From: Tubiluchus corallicola
Lineage: Eukaryota > Animalia > Priapulida
Direction: 5' to 3'
Assembly: GCA_030141605.1 (NCBI GenBank)
Contig: JAQGDQ010000106.1
Coordinates: 248,001-312,000 of the forward strand
Length of the DNA stretch: 64,000 nucleotides
The position numbers and the translations under genes are program-made. Positions 9,832-23,303 of this stretch are shown piece by piece. The notes beneath the pieces are model-generated. The model was not told the origin of the DNA. It did not search any database and saw only the letters and a program-made list of their open reading frames with translations. Within the stretch, counting starts at the first letter, position 1, and every line of letters starts with the position of its first letter.

Positions 9832-12800
9832 GTATTAATATACTTTAATACCATGTAAGATAATATAGTATAATATATAATATAATACTATATAATGCTA
9901 TAATGCTTATTATATTATTAATATTTTTCAAAAAATACGTGAATTTGTTCAGAAAAATGAAATACAGAGACCAGTTTCCATATCAAGCCGTCTGACTGCA
10001 AAGCAAAGCCAGGCAAACTACACAAGACAAATCTCAGAATATATATGCGCAACCTGCTGGTGGCCAAGACATTTCTGCCAATTCAGTAAAACTCAGGAAA
10101 TTATCTTTGATAACTTTTGTTCTCGGCTCAGCCATCTAGATCACTGCTTGCAGAATTCCGAATTGTACAAAAAATGAAAAGTACTATAGTAAAAACGATG
10201 GAGGTAAAAAGAAAAACATAGATAAAGAGAGAAGCTTCAAGCAGAAAAACACACATAGGGAAAATTTTAAATAACGGGCCTGGAATATGGTGCGCCCACT
10301 GCACATAAATTATAAATAGTGTGCCAGCCGACTCACTGTTACGCTGGCACAGTTTTGCCCCATTCTGTGACTTCTGAGCTCAGTCATGATCCGGTACTGA
10401 ACAGTCTAGTAGATCTAGATCTGGATCTGTCTTTACATTTTACTTAGCATATAAAATGATGGGCCCAGGTAATGAGCAGGAGCAGAGATAAATCGCTCAG
10501 ATAATACATTTTTAAGCAGCTAATCTTGTCCTAGAGTATAATGATAATCCATGACTTATTGACTTGGGTAATGTTCTATATATTGTTACGGGCGTTATTG
10601 CTCTGTTCGTGGATGGTAACCCCATTATGCAAATCTGTAATTTTGGCGTTTTAAACAAATACTGCAATTATTTGTTAGCACCAAGTAGACTGTAGTTCTT
10701 TTCAACAATGTTTCTGTAACTGTAAACGTTAGATACCACTTGTGAAATTCCTTGTAAACGTTATCCAGTAGCATATCTTCATATGAGCTATGAGGTATAT
10801 TTGCTAAAGTTTACTTAAACTCGCTCGTGTTATTCACCACCTCAATGTTTGTAACACTATTTTTGGTTTCAATAAAAAAAAAACTTATTTCTATTCCTGC
10901 GTGCTTTATTCTGGTTCGAGGGCTAACCATTAAAACCTTTTTCTGTAGAGGACGGCAGATGTTACAGTACCGAAATGCCACTTATCTTTGCCGCCGCCCC
11001 TCTTCATTTTGATGATCTCGTCTCTTGCGAAGCCATTACACAGTGGCATGTATACCTGGTATAAAACTGTCGCTATATATGGAATGGTTTCGTCGGTGTA
11101 ATGGACTGACGGATAAGGTGCGTATTTAATCTCAACACCTTTTCCGAAAAGACAACCAGCATGTAGCACAATGGTCTAGGTATATGAGGATGTGTTTTCA
11201 GTTACCTAAATCTTTAGCTTCACTTGGACACATTTGGACGATTTCCGCACATCTGTGCCGTGACAGAGGGAATCAGCAGCAGCATATGGTCAACGTTGCA
11301 GTGTTCTAAGGTCATCAACAGGTTCGACACAATAAACTGTCCGACTCACTACTATTCCGTGTAACTTAAATCTTAATCTCCTATTCACAATTAATATGGT
11401 GACCTTTCAGTGAATCTCGATCATCAGTGATCCTCATTTATGGCTTAAGATCATCCAGAGACATTTTAACATTTTCTTTGTGGCTTTCTCCGAGCTCATC
11501 AATGCAGTTGAAAAATAAATTTACCGACTCTTTGCTATACTGGGATATATTGGAAATTGACATTCCGTTGACCTTTAGCCTGCATTTTATGACACGAAAT
11601 CGCTGTAATACGTATTGTATTTTAGTCCCAATTTCTCATTCACCCCATCAAAAGTTTGAATGACTTTGACCTAATATACCTTGGTGCTTACCAAACAATG
11701 TTTTCTTACTGGCCCCAGAACCACTTTTAGCTTAAATTAAACAAATAGATATTTATGAATTTACTTGACAAGTAATGTGCTCCCTGCTGCGAAAATGCCA
11801 AATAAAAACGCACCAATTAGAGAATTTTATAGTAGAAACGGAACAAGTTCTAATTTTCTTGAAACTGACATTGACGACGAAAACAAAAATGTAGTAAAAC
11901 TTACAAAAACTTACGTTAAACAAACTAGCCATCATCAACGCCGCTAGAGCCACGCTCAGAGTCGTACACACAGACATTTTACAAGCAAAAACACCAGAAT
12001 TAAAACACCTGCCGATGTACGAAAGTAAAAATAGATTCCGGTTGCTAATGAATTCTACCAGTAACTAGTCTGACACGCATACGCCACTAGAAACAAACTG
12101 TCTATTGTATAATTATCCATACTCGAGTGAAACAGGCCTATCCTTCTTTGCAGTAAACCTAGTTGTGCATTGGTGCTTCGCCCTATTTAGCACAAAAGGG
12201 AAAGCGCAGTTATGTACTAACAACCATGTTCTAATTTCACAGTAAAAATGAAGGTTAAGCCGCTGATGCGGTTCTTAAAAATCGACCCAATTTTGAGTAT
12301 TTCTAAGTACTTTATTCCTGGCAGTACATTTTCCAAAATCGCTCTTATTGTAAATAGTACTTAACGCATTTTTCCAAAGGTATGATTTGCAATTTTAGAA
12401 ATTTATTTAATCGTGAGAATTAGACTGGTGCTTAAATTTTGCCCCAAATTCAAAAACCTAATCTTCGTTTTCCGGGCACAAACAAACGTGAAACGTACTG
12501 CGTCTTTTTATTTAGTTGTAGTGCTTAGCCAAGAAAAAACAAGAACAGAAACTTAAAATATAAGCATAATTTTTTAGCAGAATTGCATCATGATATTTAC
12601 AATGACTGAGGTGATTAAGTAGATTAGTTATATTAGTACGATATCAGTTTTTGGCCTATTACGTGCTAACAATAAACGGTCTAGCTATGTTTAGTTTTAG
12701 TAAGATTAGTACGGTGATACATACAACCATCATACCTACTAGCCACTATATTATAAATTAAAAGTTTACAATACTACCTAATATAACAGTAAACCATATC

Positions 12801-13861
12801 TAATTAAGAAGTTGTAAGGACATCCTTAATAGTGAGTCTACGGGAGATAACATAGCGCAGGGCAAATTACTTTGCTAACTCAACCTGATGCAGGGTTGAG
12901 GAGTATTTTATAGAATTTAGAATAAGCCTATTAGACAGTTCGTGGGTAATTAGACAGAACGCCAACTAATACTAGCTACAGACTTGTTCATGTAGAAAAG
13001 TTGTATGTTCGCTAATGAACCTGTTTGCTGGGGCAGATCCAAACAACCAGGGTAAGCAATAAAGATAAACACTACCTCAAGATGCGCCATACTCACTGGC
13101 GCATTTTTGACACACCGTTTCATTTTTTAAAATCTTAAAATGCTCAATATCTCGCAGATTTATTGTACAACTCATTGTCGACAATAAACATACATAAACA
13201 GCAAATCATCCGTCAAATAAAATAGAACATTGTAATTCACCATACGTATTGGTCTTTTTTCATAAATCCTCATAGCCTAATGTATTCCGTATATTACGTT
13301 CGACATGGAAGTGACATTTTTGCTTTTAATAAAAAAGTCTGATAAAATAAAAGCTGTGCGGAGTTGCACATTAATTTAATTTCCTACAATCCTAATTTCA
13401 AAGTTATTATCGACTAAACCCTGTCATAAAGTGAGGTTAGGGGAGCGTTGTCACTTAGATCTACTCGACCCACACAGACAGAATAGTCGTTAGGTTGACA
13501 GACTTAAATTACAGAAAATGCGAAAATCTATGAGCATAAAGACAGACACGCGAAATGTTCCTTGACTCGAAAGTGTAGTCTCTCTTCGCTCGCAGGCTTT
13601 TCTTTGCTTTTCGCGGATATCACGGATAAGCCAAGATTGTTAGCTTTCCATTTTACACGAAACGTTGTACACGCGAAATTTTCCTTTGCACGAAACAATT
13701 ATTAATTGTGCAGACTTGCTTCGCTTGTACACTTTGATCTTTTTCATTTCACGCGGAACGTGAATTTAACCCGCTCTTATCAACCTCGATTAGGTTACAC
13801 AACACTATGACTAGCATGTTTCAACCCTATTCGATAAACGCGTTTTTATGTCTGCTAAGCG

Positions 13862-13950
13862 TCACATTGCACCTCCTAATAATAATATAAGTATCACATT
13901 GCACCTCCTAATAATAATATAAGTATCACATTGCACCTCCTAATAATATA
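13862..13950. repeat. 32-bp minisatellite, ~2.7 copies
   Basis: Unit tcacattgcacctcctaataataatataagta repeated nearly exactly. Confidence 0.92.
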
Positions 13951-13979
13951 AATATATAGGAGGAGACAAAAAGAGGAAG

Positions 13980-13981
<2 letters not shown>

Positions 13982-14059
<78 letters not shown>
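13982..14059. repeat. (GA)n microsatellite
   Basis: Pure GA run. Confidence 0.98.
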
Positions 14060-14063
<4 letters not shown>

Positions 14064-14596
14064 ATTGTTGTCACTGATCGTTTAAGACACACCGGCTTTC
14101 GTTTGACTGGGTTGTTTGCACGTCCCTGCTAGATACGTCTTCAGGATGTTGGATTACAGGTACCTGGTTACTGGGTATGGTCAGCTGCAAAATCTCAAAT
14201 TTGGAAAGCATTTGCTGCGCCAAGGAATGTGAGATTGAGAAGTTTTTCTACTACTTCTAAAATAGATTCAATCCGGTTTCAGCGAAATAGGCTTCTTATC
14301 ACAATTTTAGTAACTTTTTACCAAATACGCATGATTACACGGAGAAACATTTACAACAGCAAATTTACAATGAGGTTTCTACTCAACAAGAGGAAATTCG
14401 ACGAAGATTTATTAAATATCTTTTATCATATATAACCGACAGGAAAAACTGGCAAAACACGTTGACCTTTTGCTACAACAGAAAAAATTACATGGGCGTG
14501 AATTGTGAAGGAGACAAGTCGCTAAATCGAAAATTCGGTCTTGAAATACCTCGAACGATTTTGAAACGATTTATCGTACAACAAACTATTGAACAT

Positions 14597-14733
<137 letters not shown>

Positions 14734-14984
14734 CATCCAGTCATTTCAGAATTGTTTAAATCAGTGTTATTAATGAAGTTTGGAATCTATCTGGGAAGTG
14801 TCAGCTTTAGTTCGGATATATTCAGTTGTTCCCATACCATTTATACTACTAAAGAAACCGTATCGTTTTTTACCCAGTGAAATAATCCTATTGGCCTTCT
14901 TGGACGCATTAGGTAGGCAGGCACATTGTCGCCTGTTTTACATGCAATTTACTCGGATAATCTAACAAAGCAACTGCGTGAGTC

Positions 14985-15982
14985 AATTTTGGGGTGTCAT
15001 ATTGGCTAAATTATTGTGGAATCAGTCATATATGCCGATGATATTTCCCTAATGGCTAGTTCACATAATCATCTTAAGAAAATGTCGACAATCTGTGAAA
15101 TGGTCAGAGTGGGTCTCTTACATGTAGTAAAACTCGGTCGTTATATGTAAATAATGCAGGACATGGTGTTGGTAAAATATTTTTTGTGGTAAAACACTGA
15201 TTTGTAGGAAAAAGTCAAATAATTAGGAATTGATATAAAATCTGATAATTTTTTTAAATGGACAGTGTTATAAATAAAAGCAAATTTTATGCATTTTTGA
15301 ATTCGATATTATCAACTCTAGGAAGGAGATGTAATGAAATGGTGTTCAAAACGCTGATAACTGTACATTGTTGACCAATTTTGTTGCATGCAATAGAAGA
15401 TAATAAATACTTTTGAACAAGAAAATATTTTAAAAGTTTACTGGAACACATCCTGTAGGGAGGTTTTAATTATATTTATTTTTATTATATTTTATTATAA
15501 TTATGTTTATAAATTAATTAATTTATAACGAGAATGTGAAGGCTTTAATGAATTGCTGTGTTATTACGCCTGCAAACCCTCTAATTGATTGTAGAAATTA
15601 AATTTTTTAAAGAAAATTCAAAACTTGAGCATCGACGATATTCAATAATATTAATGTTGTATTTAACTAACGATAGTCATTGTCATTTAAGAAGAAAGTA
15701 TGGTTCATCTTTGAGGTTTGGTGACGTGAATGTTAAAAAGCTAGTTATTAATGCTTTTAATGTGTGTTTACAAGATTATCTGTGAAGGATAATTAAAAAT
15801 TAACGATATTTTTATGAACGATTATACACAATTATAGTCATTTTATAAATTGTTCATTTTATGCATACTTTTTTGTGCGTTTTTTATACTAACCATTCTG
15901 TGTTATATTTTGTGTAGAGCCTACCTATATGAATATATGGCTGTATCTATTATGGTTCGAAATAAAATAATAATAATAATAA
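14985..15982 (+). mobile_element. 5'-truncated, decayed non-LTR retrotransposon (end of RT domain plus 3' tail)
   Basis: GCHIG*IIVESVIYADDISLMASSHNHLKKMSTICE at ~14992-15100 contains the RT YADD motif. The element ends in an AATAAA/(TAA)n tail at ~15961-15982. Confidence 0.75.
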
Positions 15983-18900
15983 ACCAGTGAAGTAAATATA
16001 CAATTTTCACGTCCCTAACAAGAGTATTCTCTTGTTATTAAAAGTAGCCCTTGGCAGCAAAATGATGCAATAAATAGAGGCTGGTGTCGTCAGTACGATT
16101 TTGGACTGCCTGCAGGAGCAAGGCTAATTAAGGTGATTTAGTTTCAGCACGTGGAAAAATGAGGAGGTTTCACTTGAACAGGCAAGCTGATACCGAAGTG
16201 ATATAATTACTAAGCTTAATGGAGCCACACCTGGCATTATATAATCAATTCCAAAAAGCCCCCTTGCAAGATTTAAAGCGTAAAATGTGAGAGAAGTGCC
16301 AAGAAAATCAGCATCCACAACAAAGCCAGTATCCATTGTCACGCAAAATGGATTTCAAATAAAATCTCAGCCCTTGAAAACGATATAAGCACTTAAAATG
16401 TTCGAAATTACAGGATTGCTTGTTTTCTAAGCACAGACCGTTCTGATCATTTTTCAAGTATAAGCTACAAGTATATAGCTGTGCATGAATTTTGAAGCGA
16501 ATAATGGTATTACAATATGACAGTATCCAATGAATGAAATTCATTATTTATTATGTTTAGTCGTTTGTTAATGGCAGGGACACATGTACCCGGAAATGTC
16601 CAATTACAGCGAACGATATTTATTTATTTTAGAACATTAACACGCGTAATAAAAAGTTGCAATAACAAACTCTAATTCAGAATTTCAGACACTAATAATA
16701 CTACATACTAAAATGAAATATTTTTTCCAGATTATAAACAATAGCGCATTTGGTAAAAACCAGCAGTTCTAACAGCAGTAATTAAAGCAATCTACTGCCA
16801 GACCTGTGCAAAGCAGACTGCACTCTACAGCCGCCGAGATCTGCTGCACGCGTACGGCAAACGTCTTAGACTTGCATGTTGTACATCGCACAATGAAAGA
16901 TGTAGTCTGCATTTCAAGTTCATGTCTAATTTATAAAATAATAGTCTGATTTTAGTAGCGTCAGGCAATATCACGTTTCAATTCTTTAACTTTATTCAAC
17001 GGCAACTGGGTAAACTGGTATATAAGTAGGTGACAGTACATGAAAAAACTATTTGTGGTGTGCTAGAAAAGCTCTGCGGGTCCATGTAGTGTATCTAAAC
17101 CATAGACAGCTTTAACAATTATCTGTACTGACAATCTTTTTTCTGGTCAATAGATGACATCAGTTACTTGCTTACAAATAGAATGTTTACAACATATTTT
17201 CAGCTACGAAAATTATATTTGAACTAGGTTAGCAATGGGCGTCCTTTGATGTACGCATGTGAACAAGTAAATGTAAATAATTTTTATAATTGGTGGATTA
17301 ATGGATAATAGTTCAGCTTTTCTTTATTAATTAAATTACACATTTCAATATATTACGCATAAGCAAACATATTTTGAAGCGTATTCTGACTCATTCTTGT
17401 GTGTTGTAACAGGCTGAAGAAAGAGTCAGAAATGGTCTACGAAATATGTGTTTAGCTTCTTGAAATGTATAATTAAATTTAATAAAGAAAAGCTCAGCTA
17501 TCCATGAATTCGTCAATCATATTTGTTTTTATAGGCCTATTCGTAATTATGTTTGACAAAAAATCAAAGGCCATGGTGAATCTTAAATTGGCCCAAGCTG
17601 GTATCGACATGACCGGCGAGGCTGCTCATCATGACGTCTCCTTTACCTGTAACTAATACTAAAAAGAGAAATTCAAAAAACAAATATCAGTGAGATTAGT
17701 GTTACAGTAAAGTTGGGAAGAGCTGGTGATAAAGGACAAAGAAAGGGGTACCTGAAGTAGGTTTCAGAAAAATCGCCTTAAAAAATTACAGCATTTTATA
17801 CATGTATCGTACTCGCGTTGAAAGGAATTTTTGGTTGTTTTCATTTTAAATCTCCCACAATACTGTTCCGAAGTCGCTATTATACATGTCGTTCACTACT
17901 CAGACGTAAATCAGGGGAAGAAAAGGCAATGTTAAATTACGTCCCAAAAAACTTTCCATGCAAATCTATAATACTTAGCATTTCGCTTGCCTGCTGGAAA
18001 GACTTATGTAACTAGAAATAATAATTTAAAATGTTCGTACCAATTGGTGAAATGTCGTTGACTCACCCTCCAGGGTGCGCCACTCATCCCTAACCAAAAA
18101 ACGTATTTTTTATCTCATTGACAAGATGCAGTAATTTAAAATTTTACTTGGCTAGTAACATGTGTGCTCTGATTATAATTTTTAAAACGTCACGCAATGT
18201 TATCTAAACTTGTTTCAAATGACCTATCATTAAAATGGCTGCGCCTAACAGTCATCGCGGGAATTTAAATTTACAAGCTTTATACGGCGTTACTGCCGAC
18301 GCAAGCCCTGCATGCAAAAAAAACAGTACGTAAGTGATGTAAAATTTCAAGACGAATTCTTTAAGCTTTATGTAAGTGGAGTGTTTTCTTGTGCTTTAAC
18401 AAATCACAAAAGCTGATATTACTCACCTTGATAATAACCCACTCTACATGACGAGACAGGGTCATAGGCCTAGGTCACTGTAAAGTTGTGACGAAGTGTG
18501 GGCTTTCTCTCTTCTGCAGGATTCTCTCCAGTTCATTACTGAGGAAAGAGATTTAGTGGCCAAAATCGATAAACGCAATTACCTGTTTTATCTCTTTTAA
18601 TGTCTAAATGTGACAGCAAGAGATTTTCTGAACGAGTAATTTTTTCTTCTAACAGTGACAACTGTTGGAGAAAGAAAACTCAAGGAATATGACTTAACTG
18701 AGTAAATGTATACATAGACTACACTGACGGGAATTAATACCGATGAACAACATTATTCATTTTTAGTAATGTAAATCGATCACTGCTTGCTAGAGTTTAC
18801 GATCATTACTATATAATCAGTTAATTTTTGCATCAATAAACATGGTTGAACGCAATTTTAGCAAGACTAATTTCTCTGGCTGTCTAGACATACCGCAGAC

Positions 18901-19394
18901 TCAACAAGTTTAACTTAAAACACTGCATAATTAAGAAACGTATCTGTTAGTCCCCCAACACTGCCTCAAAGGCAAAGCCATTTAGGTTCAAGCAGTTCCT
19001 TACTAGAACCAGTCTTTTGTCTACGCTGCTTATATCTCTAAATGCTATCCATACGTAGGGGTTACTAAATTATTATTGAAACTTGACTCTATTTAACAGT
19101 TGTTTAACACTTTGTTTAACTGCTCTTAAGTCTCAAATGTGTCTTCAAGTGTAAGACCGATATATGACAAAGTTTTTATTGTATTTACTAAGCTTTTACA
19201 CCCTCAAATAAATGGACAATTTCTTGATTAGTTAGTTTCCAGCCCTATCACAAACGTTATAAATGAGTAGGTCCCGTTGTGGAGTACCGCTCGATTGGCA
19301 AGAGAGTGATGAACATGCAGTACAGAAAGAATCTAAGGTTCATCATCAGTTCTTCTACATTTTTATATTTGCAGGTTTTTTCTGATGGAGTAGA

Positions 19395-22040
19395 ATGCAG
19401 GAAAAGTTCATAATAGCAATCCAGCTTGTACTGGCGCTGTCTCTCGTGACATTCATCTTATATGATGATGATATTTTGAACTCAGGATCATCTAGGGACG
19501 TCTCCCAGAAGCCCACGAATAGGAGAAAAAGAAGTGTGCGAAGTCTGCATCGTGAAAAAAACTCGCCTTGTCAAGCATGGAGGCTGTTTCTCCATCTTGG
19601 CTCATTAGATCAGGATATAACTTGCCGACCTCTGCGTCCAATGGCAAATGATTGTAAATATCTGAAGGAGTCACAAGTAGTTGCTGAAGAAAAGTGTGAC
19701 AAGCACTCTAGTCAATCCTATATTTACAAGATCATGTGTGTAAGTGCCACATCAAAGGTGGTTTGTGAGAGTAACTGCTCTGGACAGCCATTGTGGCAGT
19801 TGGTCAGGAATATTGGGGTACCGAGAATCGAAACATTCACTTCTGATGAAGACCTAAGTGAATTTCTGGCAAATAGCAGGTGTGATTTAACAGCTCTACT
19901 TTCGCTCAAATGTTCAACTTCAAATGTGGAAACAAGAAATTATCAGTTTTTCATGCATCAATGTCACAAGACGCTGGCTTCAAGGACAATGTCACACCAG
20001 CAACAGAAGAAACGTCATCTAATGAGGTCTTTGCGGGTGAAAAACGTTTCAGGGGAACTAGAGCGCGAAGAAAAGACGAAACCGACAGGAAATCGATCCG
20101 GATCACATGAATCATTCATGCCTAATGTCCATCTCTTATTCTTAGAGGGACAATCAAGGGGACTGTTCTACAGAAGTTTTCGCGTTACGACTGCAGGATT
20201 AGCAGCAGCTGAAGAAGCCGGCAGCGCTGTGATAAATGATTTTCTATTTCACCAGGCAATTTCTGCACGTGGAAATGACGAATTAGCTGCACTATTGTAT
20301 GGATTTATTCCACAGAAAGTCGTTGACGCCAAAATGCCACACAACCATAAAATTATAGCAAATAATTCGCTTTGTGCTCAGGTAGGAAAAGGAAGTAATG
20401 AAAATTTATTGCCGTACAGTAGCCTAACACGAAATCTGTCTTTGTGCAGGACAAAAGATAAATCTACCAACTCGCTCTACGAAAAAGCAGATAAATTAAC
20501 TTTTGATGAAAAATTCAGAAGACGTTTTCCACAGAGTTTATTAAGTAACACGAACCTGTTCTGGTTTGAACATTCGTGTGATGTGGCTTCATCTGAACTA
20601 GCCAAACTTTTGAGTCAGTTAGACGAGAATGATAATTTTCAGATACCTACATCTTGGGACTCGTTACAAGAGAGTTTTAGCGGCTCGCTGACAATGTGGA
20701 GATTTGTTTGCCAGTTAAAATCAGCAAATGACGAGCTAAAATTGCCATTAGATGTCCCTTGTGGCGTGCAAACTTTCACGGCATTATACGCCGCAGCAGC
20801 AGTTGAATCCCACGCTCAAGCAGTAACTCTTAATTATATCAATTTGCCCCTCAGTAATGAAGTCGAATTACAGCGCGCAGACGAACAGCTTAATGAAGCC
20901 ATACAACACACAACCAAAGAAACAAATTCGTGGACGGTTTTGCTAAGTGGCTTCGCGGCAAATGATCCTTCAAATTTTCAGGAAGAGTCCAGTTACGGAA
21001 GGAACGAGTTATCTAACTTAGTCTTAATGATGATGGCGTCTTCGGGTACTAACATCTCTGTGCCGCGGATCAAGAATAATACTAGAAAATTGGTGACAAA
21101 GTTAGACGTGTATGAAACTGTGCAAAGATTTCTGGGAGAAAACCCGAGGAAATCAAACAATGGGAAGTCGTATGATCTACTGGAAAATAATGTACCGCCC
21201 TTGCGCAGTTGCCAGGACATCCCCGTGCAATGGCCAAACTTGTGCATTTGCGAGGATCAGTGGGTGGACGGAAACAATGATAGTATGCAAGTTGCTTTAG
21301 CTGAATTTGCCGTTGGTCATCTCAATAATCTTATACAGGAACAATTTACCAGAACAGACAAATCGCGGCACCGCCACAGCACATGTAACAGGTTGGTAGG
21401 TTTGCAGTTCCAGAATGTTCTTGTCAAGAGGGAAAATGAAACCATTGTTACCAGTATGGATGTGATTGTACTAAGTGGAGTGAACAGAACTCATCCTGGG
21501 CTCCCCAAGTTGCAATCTCAAGATTCCTTTAGGGTAGTTTTTCGACAATGGTATGCATCAGGCAATAATCAGGCGATCGAAATGATTTCTTATAAAAGAA
21601 CAAGCGACGTGTCGGTTTATGAAAGTTGTTCTCACACAAATGTAAGCCCAGATCTGTGCATTTGTGATATTTTAACTAATCAGCAGACACTGGATAGGTT
21701 AGCCCGCGGTAAAGTTATTGTAACACAAGTGCCACCTGTTCAGTTTGGAGTGCGGACGCATTGGCGATCGATTGATCATGTCTGTTTGTTTCTAATCAGC
21801 CGAAATTACATGGACAGCGTGGTGTTTGAGATTGTGAATACATGCAATTATAAATCTTTCAAATTTTCTCTAAATGTCCGCTCGAAATATATGGCCACTT
21901 CGAGTAAATTGCCCTTCGAGCAGTTCGTTTCGCCATCTAGCGTAAAGTTTCTTGGTTACGTCCAAAAGCGCAGCTATTTTCAACAAGGATTAAATCACGT
22001 AGTAATAAAAACGAATTACAGTGTTATTCAGATTTGGTAA
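19395..22040 (+). CDS. DUF229-like (alkaline phosphatase/sulfatase superfamily) type II membrane or secreted protein, 881 aa, single coding exon; probably catalytically degenerate
   Basis: Long uninterrupted ORF with an N-terminal hydrophobic anchor and an RRKR site. Recalled DUF229 blocks: PNVHLLFLEGQSRGLFYRSF, KLVTKLDVYETVQRFL, LLENNVPPLRSCQDI...NLCIC, C-terminal ESC...PDLCIC. A splice acceptor at ~19374 followed by an in-frame TGA implies a 5'UTR intron. Confidence 0.85.
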   Translation: MQEKFIIAIQLVLALSLVTFILYDDDILNSGSSRDVSQKPTNRRKRSVRSLHREKNSPCQAWRLFLHLGSLDQDITCRPLRPMANDCKYLKESQVVAEEKCDKHSSQSYIYKIMCVSATSKVVCESNCSGQPLWQLVRNIGVPRIETFTSDEDLSEFLANSRCDLTALLSLKCSTSNVETRNYQFFMHQCHKTLASRTMSHQQQKKRHLMRSLRVKNVSGELEREEKTKPTGNRSGSHESFMPNVHLLFLEGQSRGLFYRSFRVTTAGLAAAEEAGSAVINDFLFHQAISARGNDELAALLYGFIPQKVVDAKMPHNHKIIANNSLCAQVGKGSNENLLPYSSLTRNLSLCRTKDKSTNSLYEKADKLTFDEKFRRRFPQSLLSNTNLFWFEHSCDVASSELAKLLSQLDENDNFQIPTSWDSLQESFSGSLTMWRFVCQLKSANDELKLPLDVPCGVQTFTALYAAAAVESHAQAVTLNYINLPLSNEVELQRADEQLNEAIQHTTKETNSWTVLLSGFAANDPSNFQEESSYGRNELSNLVLMMMASSGTNISVPRIKNNTRKLVTKLDVYETVQRFLGENPRKSNNGKSYDLLENNVPPLRSCQDIPVQWPNLCICEDQWVDGNNDSMQVALAEFAVGHLNNLIQEQFTRTDKSRHRHSTCNRLVGLQFQNVLVKRENETIVTSMDVIVLSGVNRTHPGLPKLQSQDSFRVVFRQWYASGNNQAIEMISYKRTSDVSVYESCSHTNVSPDLCICDILTNQQTLDRLARGKVIVTQVPPVQFGVRTHWRSIDHVCLFLISRNYMDSVVFEIVNTCNYKSFKFSLNVRSKYMATSSKLPFEQFVSPSSVKFLGYVQKRSYFQQGLNHVVIKTNYSVIQIW

Positions 22041-23140
22041 TGTGAGATCTGACATAAAATGCTAAAATTTTTATGACATCTTATCAAAAGTCACAAATCA
22101 TTAATTCTGTTTGAGCCCTTTCTTGGCATTAAGGTTTAGAACAATTAATTGTTTTAACTAGGCTAATCAACACATTAGGAACATAGAAACTAGGGCAATC
22201 AGTTAGCCGTAAAAGTGAAGTTGTGTCCACAGGACAGAAAACACATTGCATTTAGGAAAGTTACAGTAGCTCTATTGACATTATCAATAACACATTCTGC
22301 TCACTGTTAGGTGCTACCATCTGATGGATAGTTTTGAATTACTCATTACTATAATTGTATGGCTGACTTTCAAAAGATGAAGATACACCTTTGTTCAACA
22401 TTACTTTGTTACGATGTTCATTTTTGAGAATAAAATGAGTAAAGCAACCAAAATAAGTGGATGTAACAGTGCAAGGTGTTATTTTATCTGCAAAATTTAA
22501 TGCTAATTGATACGCCTGCCTCCCACTTTACATGTAATCTCAACCCAAGTTGCCACTGGAGCGTACAAAAGAATACTACTGCTCTGTATTTTTTATCGAA
22601 GACGTGCTCACTGGGCCTGCATGGTGCATTAGAAATGTTCTTACTAAATTTAGTAAATGACAGAATTTATACCCAACTAGGTGATTTTGAATTTGTAGCT
22701 TTACTACCAGACTCAAACTGGTATACAAAATCAGTATTGACCTACTACAGTGCTGGCAACAATAATAACTAAAACCATAATACTCTTTTCTGATAATAGT
22801 TCAAATTTTTATTTTTCAAATGCTGCTCTACTGTTCTTACATAGAACTGCAGAAGGACACATGCCCAATGTACACTGCTATACAGGCATAGCACAGTAGC
22901 ACTTACATTTAGTAAAGTTAAAAAATCAAACCTGACAGCATGACTCAAAACATTATACCTTAATACAAAATAAAATATTAATTACTATTTGGTATAGCAG
23001 ACAACATAACACTTATGTACAATATTTAGTAAATAGAATACTGCTTAGCATGATTTGAATACTGTACTGTACATGTATATTAACAAAATTCTCTCTCTGC
23101 AGGTTAACACAATGAACAAAGTTTGAAACTGAATGATCTC

Positions 23141-23303
23141 TTACTTTTGCCGCAAAGAGGAGTGTACAAAAATAAACGCAAATAATAAATGAATAATAAG
23201 CTGCAGCCATTTTGAGGCATGAATAGACGTGCTGTGACTAGCTGAGTTTCTCCGCTGGGAGGCATTTGAGTAATTTGGGCTGTTACCTGCCATTGGAGAA
23301 GCA
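23141..23303 (-). CDS. TRABD2: TIKI (TRABD2) exon 8: Ser-rich stalk and C-terminal hydrophobic GPI/TM signal
   Basis: ttttcag| phase-2 acceptor; (S)ASPMAGNSPNYSNASQRRNSASHSTSIHASKWLQLIIHLLFAFIFVHSSLRQK*. Confidence 0.75.
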
